Part shown: positions 11,527-24,815 of the stretch, piece by piece
How positions within the stretch are numbered: position 1 is the first letter of the stretch
Layout of the letters: each line of letters opens with the position of its first letter
DNA from: Actinomycetes bacterium
GTDB lineage: Bacteria > Actinomycetota > Acidimicrobiia > Acidimicrobiales > RAAP-2
Direction: 5' to 3'
Assembly: GCA_021815645.1 (NCBI GenBank)
Contig: JAKBAB010000001.1
Span: 47,974 to 111,973 of the forward strand
DNA length: 64,000 nucleotides
The notes under the pieces: generated by a model
The model's input: the letters and a program-made list of their open reading frames with translations, nothing else
Told to the model about the DNA's origin: nothing
Databases searched by the model: none
Translations under genes and position numbers: made by a program

Positions 11527-13101
11527 TCAGCGAAGCGTTATCAGGTGGATGTCCTGAATCCCGTCGGTGTTGCGTAGGGCTTCGACCACCGCACCGGGCG
11601 TCGGGGCCACCGTCGAGAGAACCATCAACGCCGTGTGGGACTGGTGATCGGGCCCAACGGCCATCGACGCGATCGAGATTCCGGCGTCCCCGAGAGCCAC
11701 GCCCACGCGCCCAATCATGCCGGGGCGGTCGTCGTTGTGCACGACCAGCATGGACTCGGTCGGAGCGATTTCGACGGCGTGTCCGTCGACACTCACGATC
11801 CGGGTCTCAACTCGGGTGCCGATCGTCATGAGTGTCCCCGAAACCGTATGACCGTCGGAGCGCACCGTAATGAGGCTGACGTACTCCGGCGAGGACACCG
11901 TGGAGTACTCGGTGAAGGAGATTTCGTGTTCGACGGCCAACTGGGGAGCGTTAACGAACGAGACGCCCGAGAGCCCGGCGGCGCTCAGAAGTCCCTTGAG
12001 CGCGCACAAGGTCAAAATCTTGGTGCCGGCGCCGGCCAACTCGCCCTGGTAAACGACGTCTAAGTCGGCCGGTTGACCGTCGAGGAGTCCACCAATGAAG
12101 CGACCGAGTAATTCAGCGAGCCCCATGAAGGGGCTTACGGAGTTCGAAACTTCGCCCGCCGCGACATTGACGGCGTAGGGCACGAAGTTACCGGCCAGCG
12201 CCAACTCGACCTGTTCGGCGATGGTGACACCAGCCTTGTCTTGCGCCTCCGCGGTCGACGCCCCGAGGTGCGGTACGACGACCACCGACGAGAGGTCAAA
12301 GAGCGGGGAGTCGGTCGTGGGCTCCTTGGCGAATACGTCGAGCGCCGCACCTTGCACTCGACCTTCGGCGATAGCGGCGGCCAAATCAACTTCGTTGATG
12401 ATTCCCCCGCGCGCAACGTTGACGATACGCACGCCGGGCTTCGTCTTGCTGAGCGACGCGGCGTTAATGAGATTGGTCGTCTCTTGGTTTTTGGGTAGGT
12501 GAATCGTGATGAAGTCACTCTGGGCGAGCAGTGCGTCGAGTTCGACCAGTTCGACGCCCATGTGGCGAGCGCGCTCCTCGGAGATGTAGGGGTCGTACGC
12601 GACGAGACGCATCCCAAAAGCGAGGGCCCGCTGGGCGACGAGGGCACCAATTTTCCCCAGTCCCACGACCCCGAGGGTCTTTCCGTGCAGTTCGACGCCT
12701 TCCCACTTGGAACGCTCCCACTTGCCACTCTTGAGCGCCGCGTGAGCCTGGGGAATATTGCGCGCCTGAGCCAGGAGTAGGGCCATGGTCTGCTCGGCGG
12801 CCGAAAGAATATTCGAAACGGGAGCGTTGACGACCATCACCCCGAGCTCGGTGGCCCTCGCTACGTCAACGTTGTCTAGTCCGATCCCGGCTCGACCCAC
12901 GACGACGAGGTCCCCCGCGGCCGCGAGGGTCGCGGCGTCCACTTTGGTGGCCGAACGAATGATGAGCGCGTGAGCGCCCTTGACCGCCTCGAGGAGATCG
13001 ACGGGCGTCAGCCCCAGCACCACGTCCACGTCGTGGCCCGCGGCACGTAGTTTTTCCAGGCCGGAGTCGGCTATCTCTTCGGTAACTAGTACTCGCGCCA
13101 C
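11527..13101 (-). CDS. serA: D-3-phosphoglycerate dehydrogenase (with ASB/ACT domains)
   Basis: GRAGIGLDNVD, GLGKIG, NVARGG, PHLGASTAEAQ, ACT domain HNDDRPGMIG. Confidence 0.95.
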   Translation of the reverse strand: MARVLVTEEIADSGLEKLRAAGHDVDVVLGLTPVDLLEAVKGAHALIIRSATKVDAATLAAAGDLVVVGRAGIGLDNVDVARATELGVMVVNAPVSNILSAAEQTMALLLAQARNIPQAHAALKSGKWERSKWEGVELHGKTLGVVGLGKIGALVAQRALAFGMRLVAYDPYISEERARHMGVELVELDALLAQSDFITIHLPKNQETTNLINAASLSKTKPGVRIVNVARGGIINEVDLAAAIAEGRVQGAALDVFAKEPTTDSPLFDLSSVVVVPHLGASTAEAQDKAGVTIAEQVELALAGNFVPYAVNVAAGEVSNSVSPFMGLAELLGRFIGGLLDGQPADLDVVYQGELAGAGTKILTLCALKGLLSAAGLSGVSFVNAPQLAVEHEISFTEYSTVSSPEYVSLITVRSDGHTVSGTLMTIGTRVETRIVSVDGHAVEIAPTESMLVVHNDDRPGMIGRVGVALGDAGISIASMAVGPDHQSHTALMVLSTVAPTPGAVVEALRNTDGIQDIHLITLR

Positions 13102-13142
13102 GCGGGACCTTTCGTTCGAACCACCAGACTAAAGGTCGCCGG

Positions 13143-15503
<2,361 letters not shown>

Positions 15504-15645
15504 CGGAGACGTCAGTTAGGGTTCGGTGACGTTAAGTGTTTTCACCCCGCACGGGCCGCCGCGCGGGTCCCGACCGCCGCCGTTTCGCCGCGGCGCTTAT
15601 GCTGATGACGGCCCTTTCGCCCACTAACTCTCGAGGGGAACTCCC

Positions 15646-16704
15646 GTGACGAAGCTAACCCTGACCGCCCGCGCCCTCGCGCCCCTCGCGCTGGTGGTCG
15701 GTGCGTGCGCGGTGCTTTCACCGATTGCCCTCGCCGCGACGCGTGGTCCATCGCGAAACTTTAACGGCCCGACGGGTATCGCCGTGGGGGGTGGTGACGT
15801 GTGGGTCACTAACGTGAGCGGAAACTCCGTCACCGAAATCAACGAACGTAGCGGTCGCGTCGTGCGCGTACTGAGCGCCCTGGACTACGGCTTCAACGAA
15901 CCGATTGCGGTCGCCGCGTCGCCTACTCAGGTTTGGGTAACGAACCAGTCCGGTAGTTCGATAACCGACCTGAGTGCCGCTAGCGGTTTAGCGCTGCGCG
16001 TAATTACCGGTGACTCACTTAGCGGGCCCGCGGGTATCGCCCTAGGCGCCTCTAAGGTCTGGGTCGCCAACCAACTGCACTTGACCGATTCAGCGGGAAA
16101 CTCCATCCCGTACAGCAACGCGGTGACTGAGCTAAACACCAACTCCGGCTCTCTCGTGCGCGTAGTCACCGGGAACCCGGCTAACGGCCTCGAGGGAACC
16201 AACGACGTGGCGGTCGCCCATTCACGCGTGTGGGTCACCAACGCGAACTCCAACACGGTAACTGAACTGAGTGCCGACACGGGGGCCGTGGTGCGCGTTA
16301 TCGGCGCGGGCGCCGGTCACTTCGACGAACCCCAGTCCGTCGCGGTCAGTAGCGGCCGAGTCTGGGTACCGAGCGCCAACAACAACACCCTGACCGAAAT
16401 AAGCGCCGCGACGGGCGCGGTCCTTAGAACTCTGAGCTCCCCGACCGATCACTTCGACGGCCCGACCGACGTGGCGGTCGCCCACTCGCGCGTGTGGGTC
16501 ACCAACCCCTACAACAACTCGCTCACCGAAATAAGCGCCACTACGGGATCGGTAGTGCGCGTCATTTCGGCAAAGAAGTATCACTTCAACACTCCCACGG
16601 ACGTCGCACTCGGGGATGGCTCGGTCTGGGTCACCAATCAGTTCACCAACACCGTCACGGAGCTAAACGCCACCTCCGGGGCTCTGGTGCGCGTTATTCA
16701 CTAG
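15646..16704 (+). CDS. Secreted seven-bladed beta-propeller repeat protein (YncE/NHL-like)
   Basis: Signal peptide ending ALA. Seven ~44-aa repeats FxxPxxVAVxxxxVWVTNxxxNxVTELxAxTGxVVRVI. Confidence 0.85.
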   Translation: MTKLTLTARALAPLALVVGACAVLSPIALAATRGPSRNFNGPTGIAVGGGDVWVTNVSGNSVTEINERSGRVVRVLSALDYGFNEPIAVAASPTQVWVTNQSGSSITDLSAASGLALRVITGDSLSGPAGIALGASKVWVANQLHLTDSAGNSIPYSNAVTELNTNSGSLVRVVTGNPANGLEGTNDVAVAHSRVWVTNANSNTVTELSADTGAVVRVIGAGAGHFDEPQSVAVSSGRVWVPSANNNTLTEISAATGAVLRTLSSPTDHFDGPTDVAVAHSRVWVTNPYNNSLTEISATTGSVVRVISAKKYHFNTPTDVALGDGSVWVTNQFTNTVTELNATSGALVRVIH

Positions 16705-16722
16705 CGCCGAAGGCGCCAAGAC

Positions 16723-17757
16723 CTAGTCGGTGTCTCCGCCCGAGGCTTCCGACACCTTCTGACGTCCCGCCGAAACGAAGGGCATCATGGCGCGCAGTGT
16801 GGTACCGATCTGTTCAATGGGGTGACGCTTTCCCGCCTCGCGCAGTTCACGGTAGCGGGGCCGACCAATTTCGTTCTCTTCGATCCACTCCGCGGCGAAG
16901 GTACCGTCTTGGATCTCGGTGAGAATCTTTTTCATCTCACCCTTGACGGCGTCGGTAATTACGCGCGAACCGCGCGTCAAATCACCGTACTCAGCCGTGT
17001 CCGACACGCTGTAACGCATACCAGTGATTCCCTCTTCGTACATAAGATCGACGATGAGTTTGAGCTCGTGCAAACACTCGAAGTACGCGCTCTCGGGCTG
17101 GTACCCCGCTTCCACGAGTGTTTCGTAGCCCGCGCGTACCAGGGCGGTCACCCCACCGCACAGCACGACCTGTTCGCCAAATAGGTCCGTTTCGGTCTCC
17201 TCGGCGAAAGTCGTCTCGAGCACCCCCGCTCGGGTCGCTCCGATCGCGTCGGCGTACGCCAACGCCAGAGCGTGGGCCTGTCCGGTGGCGTCGTGGTGCA
17301 CCGCCACCAGGGCCGGAACCCCGGCGCCGTCGACGTAGGTCCGTCGCACCAAGTGGCCCGGACCCTTGGGAGCGATCATCGCGACGTCGACGTCGGGGGG
17401 AGGGGAAATGAGATTAAAACGAATGTTGAAGCCGTGGGCGAACAAGAGACACTTCCCCGCGCTTAGCTGTGGGGCAATCTCCTGGTCGTAGGTGCGCTTC
17501 TGCTCCGTATCGGGCACCAGGACCATAATGACGTCCGCTTCGGCGCACGCGTCGGAGATTGGTAGGACTCTCAGTCCAGCCTCTTCGGCCTTGTGAACCG
17601 AACCGGATTCCGGGCGCAGGCCCACGCGCACGTCGTGGCCGCTGTCTCGAAGATTGAGGGCGTGGGCGTGACCCTGGGAACCGTAGCCCAAAATAGCGAT
17701 CCGTTTGGCCTTGAGCAGTTCGGGTTGAGCGTCGTCGTGGTAGAACAACGTGGTCAT
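16723..17757 (-). CDS. ilvC: Ketol-acid reductoisomerase
   Basis: [40 protein letters not shown]. Confidence 0.97.
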   Translation of the reverse strand: MTTLFYHDDAQPELLKAKRIAILGYGSQGHAHALNLRDSGHDVRVGLRPESGSVHKAEEAGLRVLPISDACAEADVIMVLVPDTEQKRTYDQEIAPQLSAGKCLLFAHGFNIRFNLISPPPDVDVAMIAPKGPGHLVRRTYVDGAGVPALVAVHHDATGQAHALALAYADAIGATRAGVLETTFAEETETDLFGEQVVLCGGVTALVRAGYETLVEAGYQPESAYFECLHELKLIVDLMYEEGITGMRYSVSDTAEYGDLTRGSRVITDAVKGEMKKILTEIQDGTFAAEWIEENEIGRPRYRELREAGKRHPIEQIGTTLRAMMPFVSAGRQKVSEASGGDTD

Positions 17758-17776
17758 CGTGGCAGTCCTTTTCTTT

Positions 17777-18319
17777 TCAGAGCGATTCCGTCTGTGTGAG
17801 TCTAGGGAGTGCGACCCGACCCGTTCGCTGAAGCTCGACGTCGCTGAAACCCTCGAGCGCCCTTTCGAGTAAATCGCACGCGTGCGGCGTTCCGGCGAGA
17901 ACGACGCTCAGGGACGTGGCGTTGACGTCAACGATCGAAGCGGCCGCGTTCGCCACGACCTCGAGGACGGCGGCGCGATTGCCGTCGTCGACGGGCAACG
18001 TGGCGAGGAGGAGCTCACGCTCGAGCGCGTCTCGCGGCGCTAGGTCCTTTATGTCAACCACGTTCACCAGTTTGTTCAGTTGTCCGACAATCTGTTCGAG
18101 GGGGGCCGACTCGGCGTCGACGACGATCGTGACGCGCGAGAAGCGGGCGTGGCCCTCCGCCGGAGCGACCGCCAGGGAGTAGATGTTAAAGCCGCGTCGC
18201 GCGAAGAGACCAGCGATGCGGGCGAGCACACCGGCTTTATTCTCAACGAGCACGGACAGAATGTGGTGACGCACGGGGGTGTGCGTCGTGACGCCCGCGT
18301 AGGGCTCGGGCGCGGTCAC
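17777..18319 (-). CDS. ilvN: Acetolactate synthase small subunit
   Basis: [44 protein letters not shown]. Confidence 0.95.
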   Translation of the reverse strand: MTAPEPYAGVTTHTPVRHHILSVLVENKAGVLARIAGLFARRGFNIYSLAVAPAEGHARFSRVTIVVDAESAPLEQIVGQLNKLVNVVDIKDLAPRDALERELLLATLPVDDGNRAAVLEVVANAAASIVDVNATSLSVVLAGTPHACDLLERALEGFSDVELQRTGRVALPRLTQTESL

Positions 18320-20031
18320 GACGCCGCCGAACGCTGCCGGGGGTGGACCATGATGTCGTCGTTGCTCGCGCCCGAAGCGACCATCGGAAAGACTTTTTCG
18401 CTAGCGTCGGTACGAAAGTCGATAACGACCGGGACGTCGTCGATTTCGTTCGCGCGCTCAATGACGTCGTGCATCTCTTCGAGCGTACGGGCGCGTAGCC
18501 CGACGCAGCCCATCGCTTCGGCCCACTTCACGTAGTCGGGCAGGTCGGCGTCTAGGTAGACCTCGGAGTAGCGCTCCTCGTAGAACATCTCTTGCCACTG
18601 ACGCACCATGCCGAGATAGGCGTTGTTCAAAATTGCCACCTTGATCGGTATCCCTTCGGCGCGAGCCGTGGTTAACTCTTGGGCGGTCATCTGAAAGCAC
18701 CCGTCGCCGTCTATGCACCACACCGTGCGACCGGGCTGGGCCACTTTGGCCCCGATGGCGGCCGGAACACCGAAACCCATGGTCCCCGCGCCCCCGGAGT
18801 TGATCCAGGTACCGGGCTCTTCGAAGCGCCAGTGCTGCGACGCCCACATCTGGTGCTGGCCCACACCGGCCGCCACGATGGTGCCGGGCGGGGCCTTGGC
18901 CGCGATGGCCTCAATGACGTGCTGGGGACGCAGGGGTCCCTCGGGTCGCGGATCGTCGTAGACGAGGGGGTAGCGCTCTTGCCAGTTGCGAATCTCCTTC
19001 CACCACACGTCGAGGTTGGCGGGCTCGGCCCCGGCGGCGTCGAGGGCCCCGAGGGCCGTGGCGACGTCGCACTGAAGAGCGACGTCGGCGCGACGGACTT
19101 TGTGAAATTCGGCGGGGTCGACGTCGACGTGGATAACTTTGGCCCCGGCCGCGAAGGAAGAGATCTGGCCCGTTACCCGGTCGTCGAACCGAGCGCCCAG
19201 GGCGATGAGGAGGTCGCATTTTTGCATAGCGGTGACGGCCGCGTAGACCCCGTGCATACCGGGCATACCGAGGTTCATTTCGTGGGAGTCGGGCAGGGCC
19301 CCGCGCGCCATCAGCGTCGTCACCACGGGAATGCGAACCCGATCGACGAACGCCCGTAACTGCGCGGAGGCCCGGGATTTGAGGGTCCCCCCGCCCACGT
19401 ACAGGACCGGCCGCTCGCTCGCCGCGATGAGCGCCACCGCTCGATCGAGCGCGTCGCCGTCTATGGACGACGCGGGCTGGTAACCCGGGAGGTCTAACTC
19501 CTCGACGGAAGAGGGGTACCACCACTGCATCGTCGACTGGGCGACATCCTTGGGCAAGTCGATGAGTACGGGACCCGGTCGCCCCGTCGTAGCGAGGTGA
19601 AAGGCCGCCGCCACGGCGCGCGGAATGTCGTGCGCGGATTGGACGAGGAAGTTGTGCTTGGTGATCCCCATGGTGATACCGGTGATGTCACACTCTTGGA
19701 AGGCGTCACTGCCGATGGAGGCGGTGGCGACTTGACCGGTCACGACCACCAGCGGCGTGGAGTCCATGTGCGCGTTCGCGATGGGGGTGACGATATTGGT
19801 CGCCCCGGGACCGCTCGTCACCATCGCGACGCCCGCGCGACCGCTAGCCAGGGCGTAGCCCTCGGCCATGTGACCGGCACCCTGCTCGTGGCGCACCAGT
19901 ATGTGGCGAATTGGCGAGTCGAGAATGGGGTCGTACACGGGCAAAATAGCTCCGCCGGGCAGCCCGAAGATCGTGTCGACGCCCTCGTGTTCGAGACTCT
20001 TGATGAGGGCCTGCGCTCCGGTGAGTTCCAC
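18316..20031 (-). CDS. ilvB: Acetolactate synthase large subunit
   Basis: FGLPGGAILP, RHEQGAGH, TSGPGATN, GMPGMHG, RFDDRVTG, GDGCFQMT...NN. AAGGAG RBS before GTG 20031. Confidence 0.97.
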   Translation of the reverse strand: MELTGAQALIKSLEHEGVDTIFGLPGGAILPVYDPILDSPIRHILVRHEQGAGHMAEGYALASGRAGVAMVTSGPGATNIVTPIANAHMDSTPLVVVTGQVATASIGSDAFQECDITGITMGITKHNFLVQSAHDIPRAVAAAFHLATTGRPGPVLIDLPKDVAQSTMQWWYPSSVEELDLPGYQPASSIDGDALDRAVALIAASERPVLYVGGGTLKSRASAQLRAFVDRVRIPVVTTLMARGALPDSHEMNLGMPGMHGVYAAVTAMQKCDLLIALGARFDDRVTGQISSFAAGAKVIHVDVDPAEFHKVRRADVALQCDVATALGALDAAGAEPANLDVWWKEIRNWQERYPLVYDDPRPEGPLRPQHVIEAIAAKAPPGTIVAAGVGQHQMWASQHWRFEEPGTWINSGGAGTMGFGVPAAIGAKVAQPGRTVWCIDGDGCFQMTAQELTTARAEGIPIKVAILNNAYLGMVRQWQEMFYEERYSEVYLDADLPDYVKWAEAMGCVGLRARTLEEMHDVIERANEIDDVPVVIDFRTDASEKVFPMVASGASNDDIMVHPRQRSAAS

Positions 20032-20055
20032 TTCACTCCTTGTTGTCCTATAAGC

Positions 20056-20082
20056 AAAAAGGCCTCCCATTTTGGGAGGCCT
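20056..20082 (-). terminator. ilvB attenuator terminator
   Basis: mRNA AGGCCUCCCA-AAA-UGGGAGGCCU-UUUU. Confidence 0.9.
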
Positions 20083-20103
20083 CCGGTATGCGTGTACGCG
20101 TGA

Positions 20104-20154
20104 CTACCGGCGCCGAGCGCCTACTACTACCAGAATCGTCTTGCGGGTAATCAC
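20104..20154 (-). promoter_or_regulatory. ilvB leader peptide MITRKTILVVVGARRR (BCAA attenuator), leaderless
   Basis: GTG ATT ACC CGC AAG ACG ATT CTG GTA GTA GTA GGC GCT CGG CGC CGG TAG, with an Ile-Leu-Val-Val-Val run. TAAAGT-N6-GTG. Confidence 0.9.
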
Positions 20155-20193
20155 GTACCCACTTTAGACGGTCGCCGCGCCCGACACAAGCGC

Positions 20194-21873
20194 TCAGCGA
20201 GTCGTGACTGCGCCGGTTTCGGCCCCCTGGACGACGCGCGCGAACTTCTCGAGTACTCCGGTCGTGTAGCGCGGCACGAACGGCGCTACGTCGAGGGCGC
20301 GTTGGGCCAGTTCCTCCTCGGAGACCAGAACGTCGATTCGGTATTCGTTGACGTCAATGACGATCCGGTCGCCGTCGCGCACCAGCGCAATGGGACCGCC
20401 GTCGAGCGCCTCGGGGGCCACGTGGCCCACGCAGAAGCCGTGGGTGCCCCCGCTGAATCTGCCGTCGGTCACCAGCGCACAGTCGCCGCCGCGACCGACG
20501 CCCTTCAGGGCTCCCGTTACCGCCAACATCTCGCGCATTCCGGGACCCCCCTTGGGCCCCTCGTAGCGAATGACGAGCACCGTGCCCGGTGCGATGTCAC
20601 CCTGGACAATCGCCGCCATCGCCGCCACCTCGCCGTCGAAAACCCGCGCGGTGCCCTCGAAGCGCAGATCGTCAATCCCGGCGACTTTGACGACCGCGCC
20701 GCGCGGGGCGAGGGAGCCGCGCAATACGGCGATTCCGCCGTGAAGGTGAATCGGGTGGGCGACGTCACGCACGACGTCGCCGTCGGGTGAATGAGCGTGG
20801 TAGGCCTCGAGACTATCGGCCATAGACCGACCGCTGACGGTCATTACGTCGCCGTGCAGGAGGTCGTTCTCGAGAAGGTGCTGCAGTACGACCGGCACTC
20901 CCCCAATCGCGTCGAGGTCGCTCATGTGGTACTTGCCGTGAGGTTTGGTGTCGGCGATGTGGGGAACCCGGCGAGCGACTCTATTAAAGTCCTCCAATTC
21001 GAGTTCGACCCGGGCCTCGTGGGCGATCGCTAGCAAGTGCAAAACGGCGTTCGTTGACCCGCCGAGGGCCATCACCACCGCAATAGCGTTTTCGAAGGCC
21101 GGCTTCGTCATAATCTGTCGGGCCCCCACCGCGCGATCGAGGAGATTGAGCACGGCCACGCCCGACTCGTAGGCGTAGCGGTCGCGGCGAGGATCCACCG
21201 ACGGCACCGACGCGCTGCCGAGCAGGGACATGCCGAGAGCCTCGCCCACGCTGGCCATCGTGTTCGCGGTGAACATGCCCGCGCAGCTACCCTCCCCGGG
21301 GCAGGCCGCACACTCAATAGCGGTCAACTCCTCGTCACTCATCGCCCCGACGGCGTTCGCGCCCACAGCTTCGAATACCGACGTAATATCGAGCGCCACC
21401 CCGTTCAACCGTCCGGGCAGTATCGTGCCCCCGTAGAGAAAGACGCTAGGTACGTCGAGTCGGGCCGCGGCCATCAACATTCCGGGCAGTGACTTGTCGC
21501 AGCCCGCCAGGGTCACCATGGCGTCGAATCGCTCGGCGTGCATAACGACTTCGACCGAATCGGCAATAACTTCGCGCGACACGAGCGACGCGTGCATCCC
21601 CTCGTGGCCCATGGAGATGCCGTCCGAGACCGCGATCGTGACGAACTCGAAGGGCAGCGCCCCGCCGTCGCGAATGGCCCTCTTCGACGCCTGGGCCAGG
21701 CGACTGAGCGGCAAGTTGCACGGCGTCACCTCATTCCAACTCGACGCGACACCGATCTGGGCCCTCTTCATGTCCTCGTCGCCGAGACCCATCGCGCGCA
21801 GCATCGAGCGAGCCGGCGCCCGGCCACGCCCGACCGTAACGTCAGAACTACGAGGCGTAGGGTGCTCAGACAT
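20194..21873 (-). CDS. ilvD: Dihydroxy-acid dehydratase
   Basis: [50 protein letters not shown]. Confidence 0.97.
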   Translation of the reverse strand: MSEHPTPRSSDVTVGRGRAPARSMLRAMGLGDEDMKRAQIGVASSWNEVTPCNLPLSRLAQASKRAIRDGGALPFEFVTIAVSDGISMGHEGMHASLVSREVIADSVEVVMHAERFDAMVTLAGCDKSLPGMLMAAARLDVPSVFLYGGTILPGRLNGVALDITSVFEAVGANAVGAMSDEELTAIECAACPGEGSCAGMFTANTMASVGEALGMSLLGSASVPSVDPRRDRYAYESGVAVLNLLDRAVGARQIMTKPAFENAIAVVMALGGSTNAVLHLLAIAHEARVELELEDFNRVARRVPHIADTKPHGKYHMSDLDAIGGVPVVLQHLLENDLLHGDVMTVSGRSMADSLEAYHAHSPDGDVVRDVAHPIHLHGGIAVLRGSLAPRGAVVKVAGIDDLRFEGTARVFDGEVAAMAAIVQGDIAPGTVLVIRYEGPKGGPGMREMLAVTGALKGVGRGGDCALVTDGRFSGGTHGFCVGHVAPEALDGGPIALVRDGDRIVIDVNEYRIDVLVSEEELAQRALDVAPFVPRYTTGVLEKFARVVQGAETGAVTTR

Positions 21874-21966
21874 GCGTTGAGTCTAGGAGACGTCGTGGTG
21901 CTTCGACTAAAGCGCGGCGCCGGTAGCGCGACGACGCGTCACCGGCACCTAGCGCCACCGAGTGGC

Positions 21967-23394
21967 TCACCGACGCGACGCCAGCTCAGCGATAACCGCC
22001 TTACCGTTGGCCCGACCCCGGGAGCGCTTCATCACCTCGCCGACGAAGAACTGCGCTAGCTTGTCGTCGCCCGCGGCGTAACGCGCCCACTCGTTGGGGT
22101 GGTCGTTTATCGCCGCGGCCACCACTTCCTCGACGGCGTCGTCACTCAACTGCTCAAAACCCTTGGCCCTCACTATCGCCGCGGGGTCCCCCCCCGTTTC
22201 CAGGAGTTCAGCCAGAACGGCCTTGGCCTGGGTGGACGAGAGTTGGCCACCCTCTTCCAGGGCGAGCACCGAGACGAACGACGACGTCGCCAGTTTCCGG
22301 GCACGGTCGGGATCCTTAGCGAGTTCGTTCGCGGCCCTCGCCAGGGCGAGGGCCACACCGACCCCCGCGTCGAGGGCCGCCGAAACGAACCCGTCGAATC
22401 CGAGGTCTACCACCACCACGACGGCGTCGAGTTGGGCCGCCGTCGGGTCACTCAGCCGCGTCGCTAAAGTCTCGCGCCTTTGCGCGGGCAGGGGCGCCAG
22501 CGAGCCCGCCACGGCGTCGCGCCACGAGTCGCCCGGCACCAGATCCACTAAGTCCGGCTCACGAAAGTAGCGGTAGTCTTCGGCCTCCTCCTTCGAGCGC
22601 ATCGTGGCGGTGACCGCGAGACCCTCGTCCCAGTGGCGTGTCTCTTGACGAACTCGAGCGCCGCTTTTGATGAGGTCTATCTGCCGGCGGGCTTCGTACT
22701 CGATCGCGCGACCCAAGCTGCGCAGCGAGTTAAGGTTCTTGATCTCGCAACGCGTGCCGAAAGACTCACCACGGCGACGCACCGACACGTTGGCGTCGAT
22801 GCGCAGCGAACCCTCCTCCATTCGTCCGTCGGAGGCCCCGACCGCCACCAGAATCGCCCGCAGCTCACTGACGTAGGACCGGGCCTGCGCCGCACTACGC
22901 ATATCGGGCCCCGAGACGATCTCCACCAGGGGAACCCCCGAGCGGTTGTAGTCCACGAGGGACCGGTCCGCCCCGTGAATGCGTCCGCCGCCTCCGAGGT
23001 GGGTCGACTTGCCGGTGTCCTCTTCTAGGTGGGCCCGTTCGATGGTGACACGCGAACCGTCTGGCAAATCGAGGTATCCCCCGACGTTGATCGGCTGGTC
23101 GTACTGGCTGATCTGGTAGTCCTTGGGCATGTCGGGGTAGAAGTAGTTCTTGCGGTGAAAGGTGGAGGGGCTCACGGTGGAGTTGAGCGCCAAACCGATG
23201 GCGATCGCCAGCTCGACCGCGCGCACATTGAGCACCGGTAGTGAGCCCGGCAGACCTAGGCACACGGGGCAGACGTGCGTGTTGGCCTCGGCCCCGAAGA
23301 TGTTCTCGCAGCCGCAGAACATCTTGGTGACGGTTTTAAGCTCGGTGTGGACCTCGAGTCCCACGACCGTCTCCCACTCGTCGAAGTCGGTCAC
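21967..23394 (-). CDS. gatB: Asp/Glu-tRNA amidotransferase subunit B
   Basis: VVGLEVH, CPVCLGLPG, RKNYFYPD, EEDTGKS, EIKNLNS, YRYFREPDL. Confidence 0.97.
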   Translation of the reverse strand: MTDFDEWETVVGLEVHTELKTVTKMFCGCENIFGAEANTHVCPVCLGLPGSLPVLNVRAVELAIAIGLALNSTVSPSTFHRKNYFYPDMPKDYQISQYDQPINVGGYLDLPDGSRVTIERAHLEEDTGKSTHLGGGGRIHGADRSLVDYNRSGVPLVEIVSGPDMRSAAQARSYVSELRAILVAVGASDGRMEEGSLRIDANVSVRRRGESFGTRCEIKNLNSLRSLGRAIEYEARRQIDLIKSGARVRQETRHWDEGLAVTATMRSKEEAEDYRYFREPDLVDLVPGDSWRDAVAGSLAPLPAQRRETLATRLSDPTAAQLDAVVVVVDLGFDGFVSAALDAGVGVALALARAANELAKDPDRARKLATSSFVSVLALEEGGQLSSTQAKAVLAELLETGGDPAAIVRAKGFEQLSDDAVEEVVAAAINDHPNEWARYAAGDDKLAQFFVGEVMKRSRGRANGKAVIAELASRR

Positions 23395-24815
23395 GAGTCG
23401 CCCCGGGCGCGTTCGAGTACTCGCCCGGCCGCCAGGAGGCCGGCCTCGCTGCGGCCGGGCCCGAGTAGTTGTACCCCTACGGGCATTCCGCCCTCCCCCA
23501 CGCCGAAGGGTATCGAAACGGCGGCGTCGCCGGCCAGATTGGTCGGGATCGTGAAGACGTCGGAGAGGTACATCGCCAGTGGCGTTTGAGCTCTGGCGCC
23601 CAGGGCGAAGGCCACCGAGGGCGCCGTCGCACCGAGCAGTACGTCGGCCCGGGCGTAGGCCCTTCGAAAGGCCCCGATCATCTCCGTTCGAACCTTCAGC
23701 GCCTGTCCGTAGTACGCGTCGTAGTAACCCGCGGAGAGGGCGTAGGTCCCGAGCATGATTCGCCGCTTCACTTCGGCGCCGAATCCGGCACTGCGCGTCG
23801 CTTCGTACATCGCGCCGACGTCGTCGCCGCTCACCCGCAGGCCGTAGCGCACGCCGTCGTAGCGGGCCAGGTTACTCGACGCCTCGGCGGGAGCGATGAG
23901 GTAGTACGCCGACAGGCCGAGGCGCAACTCGGGTATCGATACGTCGTCGACGATAGCCCCCCCGTCGCGCAGAGCCGCCGCCGCCGCGTCGACGGCGGCC
24001 ACGACGTCGTCGTCGGCCCCTTCGATCAGTTCGCGCACCCGCGCCACGCGCACCCCCGCGACGCCGTCGTCGAGGTGGGCCATAAGCGCGGGACTGCCCT
24101 CGGGCAGGGAGGTCGAATCGCGGGGGTCGTGTCCCGCTATGACCTCGAGGAGCAGAGCCGCGTCCGTCACGTTCGTAGCCAGGGGACCGATCTGGTCTAG
24201 GGAGCTCGCGAAGGCGATGAGGCCGTAACGAGAGACCGAGCCGTAGGTCGGCTTCACGCCCACTACTCCACAGAGGGCCGCGGGCTGACGAATGGAGCCA
24301 CCGGTGTCCGAGCCGAGCGAAATCGGCACCATCCCCGCCGCGACGGCCGCCGCGGAGCCGCCCGAAGATCCGCCGGGCACCCTCGTCGGGTCGAGGGGAT
24401 TACGGGTGGGACCGAAGGCCGAATTCTCCGTCGACGATCCCATAGCGAATTCATCGAGGTTGGTCTTACCGATCACGATGGCCCCGGCGGCCACGACGCG
24501 CTCGACCACGGTCGCACTGTAGGGCGGTCGCCACTGGGCCAGGATCTTCGACCCCGCGGTGGTGGGTACCCCCGTTTGACAGAGATTGTCCTTGAGAGCG
24601 AGGGGCACTCCCGCGAGCGGACCGGGGTCCTCGCCCCGAGCGACGGCCTCGTCGACGCGGCGCGCCGCCGCCAGGGCCCCCGGCCGATCTACGTGGAGAA
24701 AGACGTTGAGCTGGTCGTTTCGTTGGCCGACCCTAGCGAGCGCCTCTTCGACGACGGAGAGCGCGCTGACCGACCCCTCCCGCACGGCGCGAGCCGTCGC
24801 CGCGGCGCTCGTCAC
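23391..24815 (-). CDS. gatA: Asp/Glu-tRNA amidotransferase subunit A
   Basis: KDN, GKTNLDEFAMGSS, PGGSSGGS, GSDTGGSIRQPA. GTG overlaps the gatC stop. Confidence 0.97.
   Translation of the reverse strand: MTSAAATARAVREGSVSALSVVEEALARVGQRNDQLNVFLHVDRPGALAAARRVDEAVARGEDPGPLAGVPLALKDNLCQTGVPTTAGSKILAQWRPPYSATVVERVVAAGAIVIGKTNLDEFAMGSSTENSAFGPTRNPLDPTRVPGGSSGGSAAAVAAGMVPISLGSDTGGSIRQPAALCGVVGVKPTYGSVSRYGLIAFASSLDQIGPLATNVTDAALLLEVIAGHDPRDSTSLPEGSPALMAHLDDGVAGVRVARVRELIEGADDDVVAAVDAAAAALRDGGAIVDDVSIPELRLGLSAYYLIAPAEASSNLARYDGVRYGLRVSGDDVGAMYEATRSAGFGAEVKRRIMLGTYALSAGYYDAYYGQALKVRTEMIGAFRRAYARADVLLGATAPSVAFALGARAQTPLAMYLSDVFTIPTNLAGDAAVSIPFGVGEGGMPVGVQLLGPGRSEAGLLAAGRVLERARGDS

Noticed and set aside
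15590-15615. Fluoride riboswitch (GCTGATGAC)
   Set aside because: The 5' GGxGATGG part is absent and the downstream gene is unrelated. TATGCT here is more simply a -10 box.
15760-16700. CRISPR or tandem DNA array
   Set aside because: The repeats are in-frame, degenerate beta-propeller blades, not repeat-spacer units.
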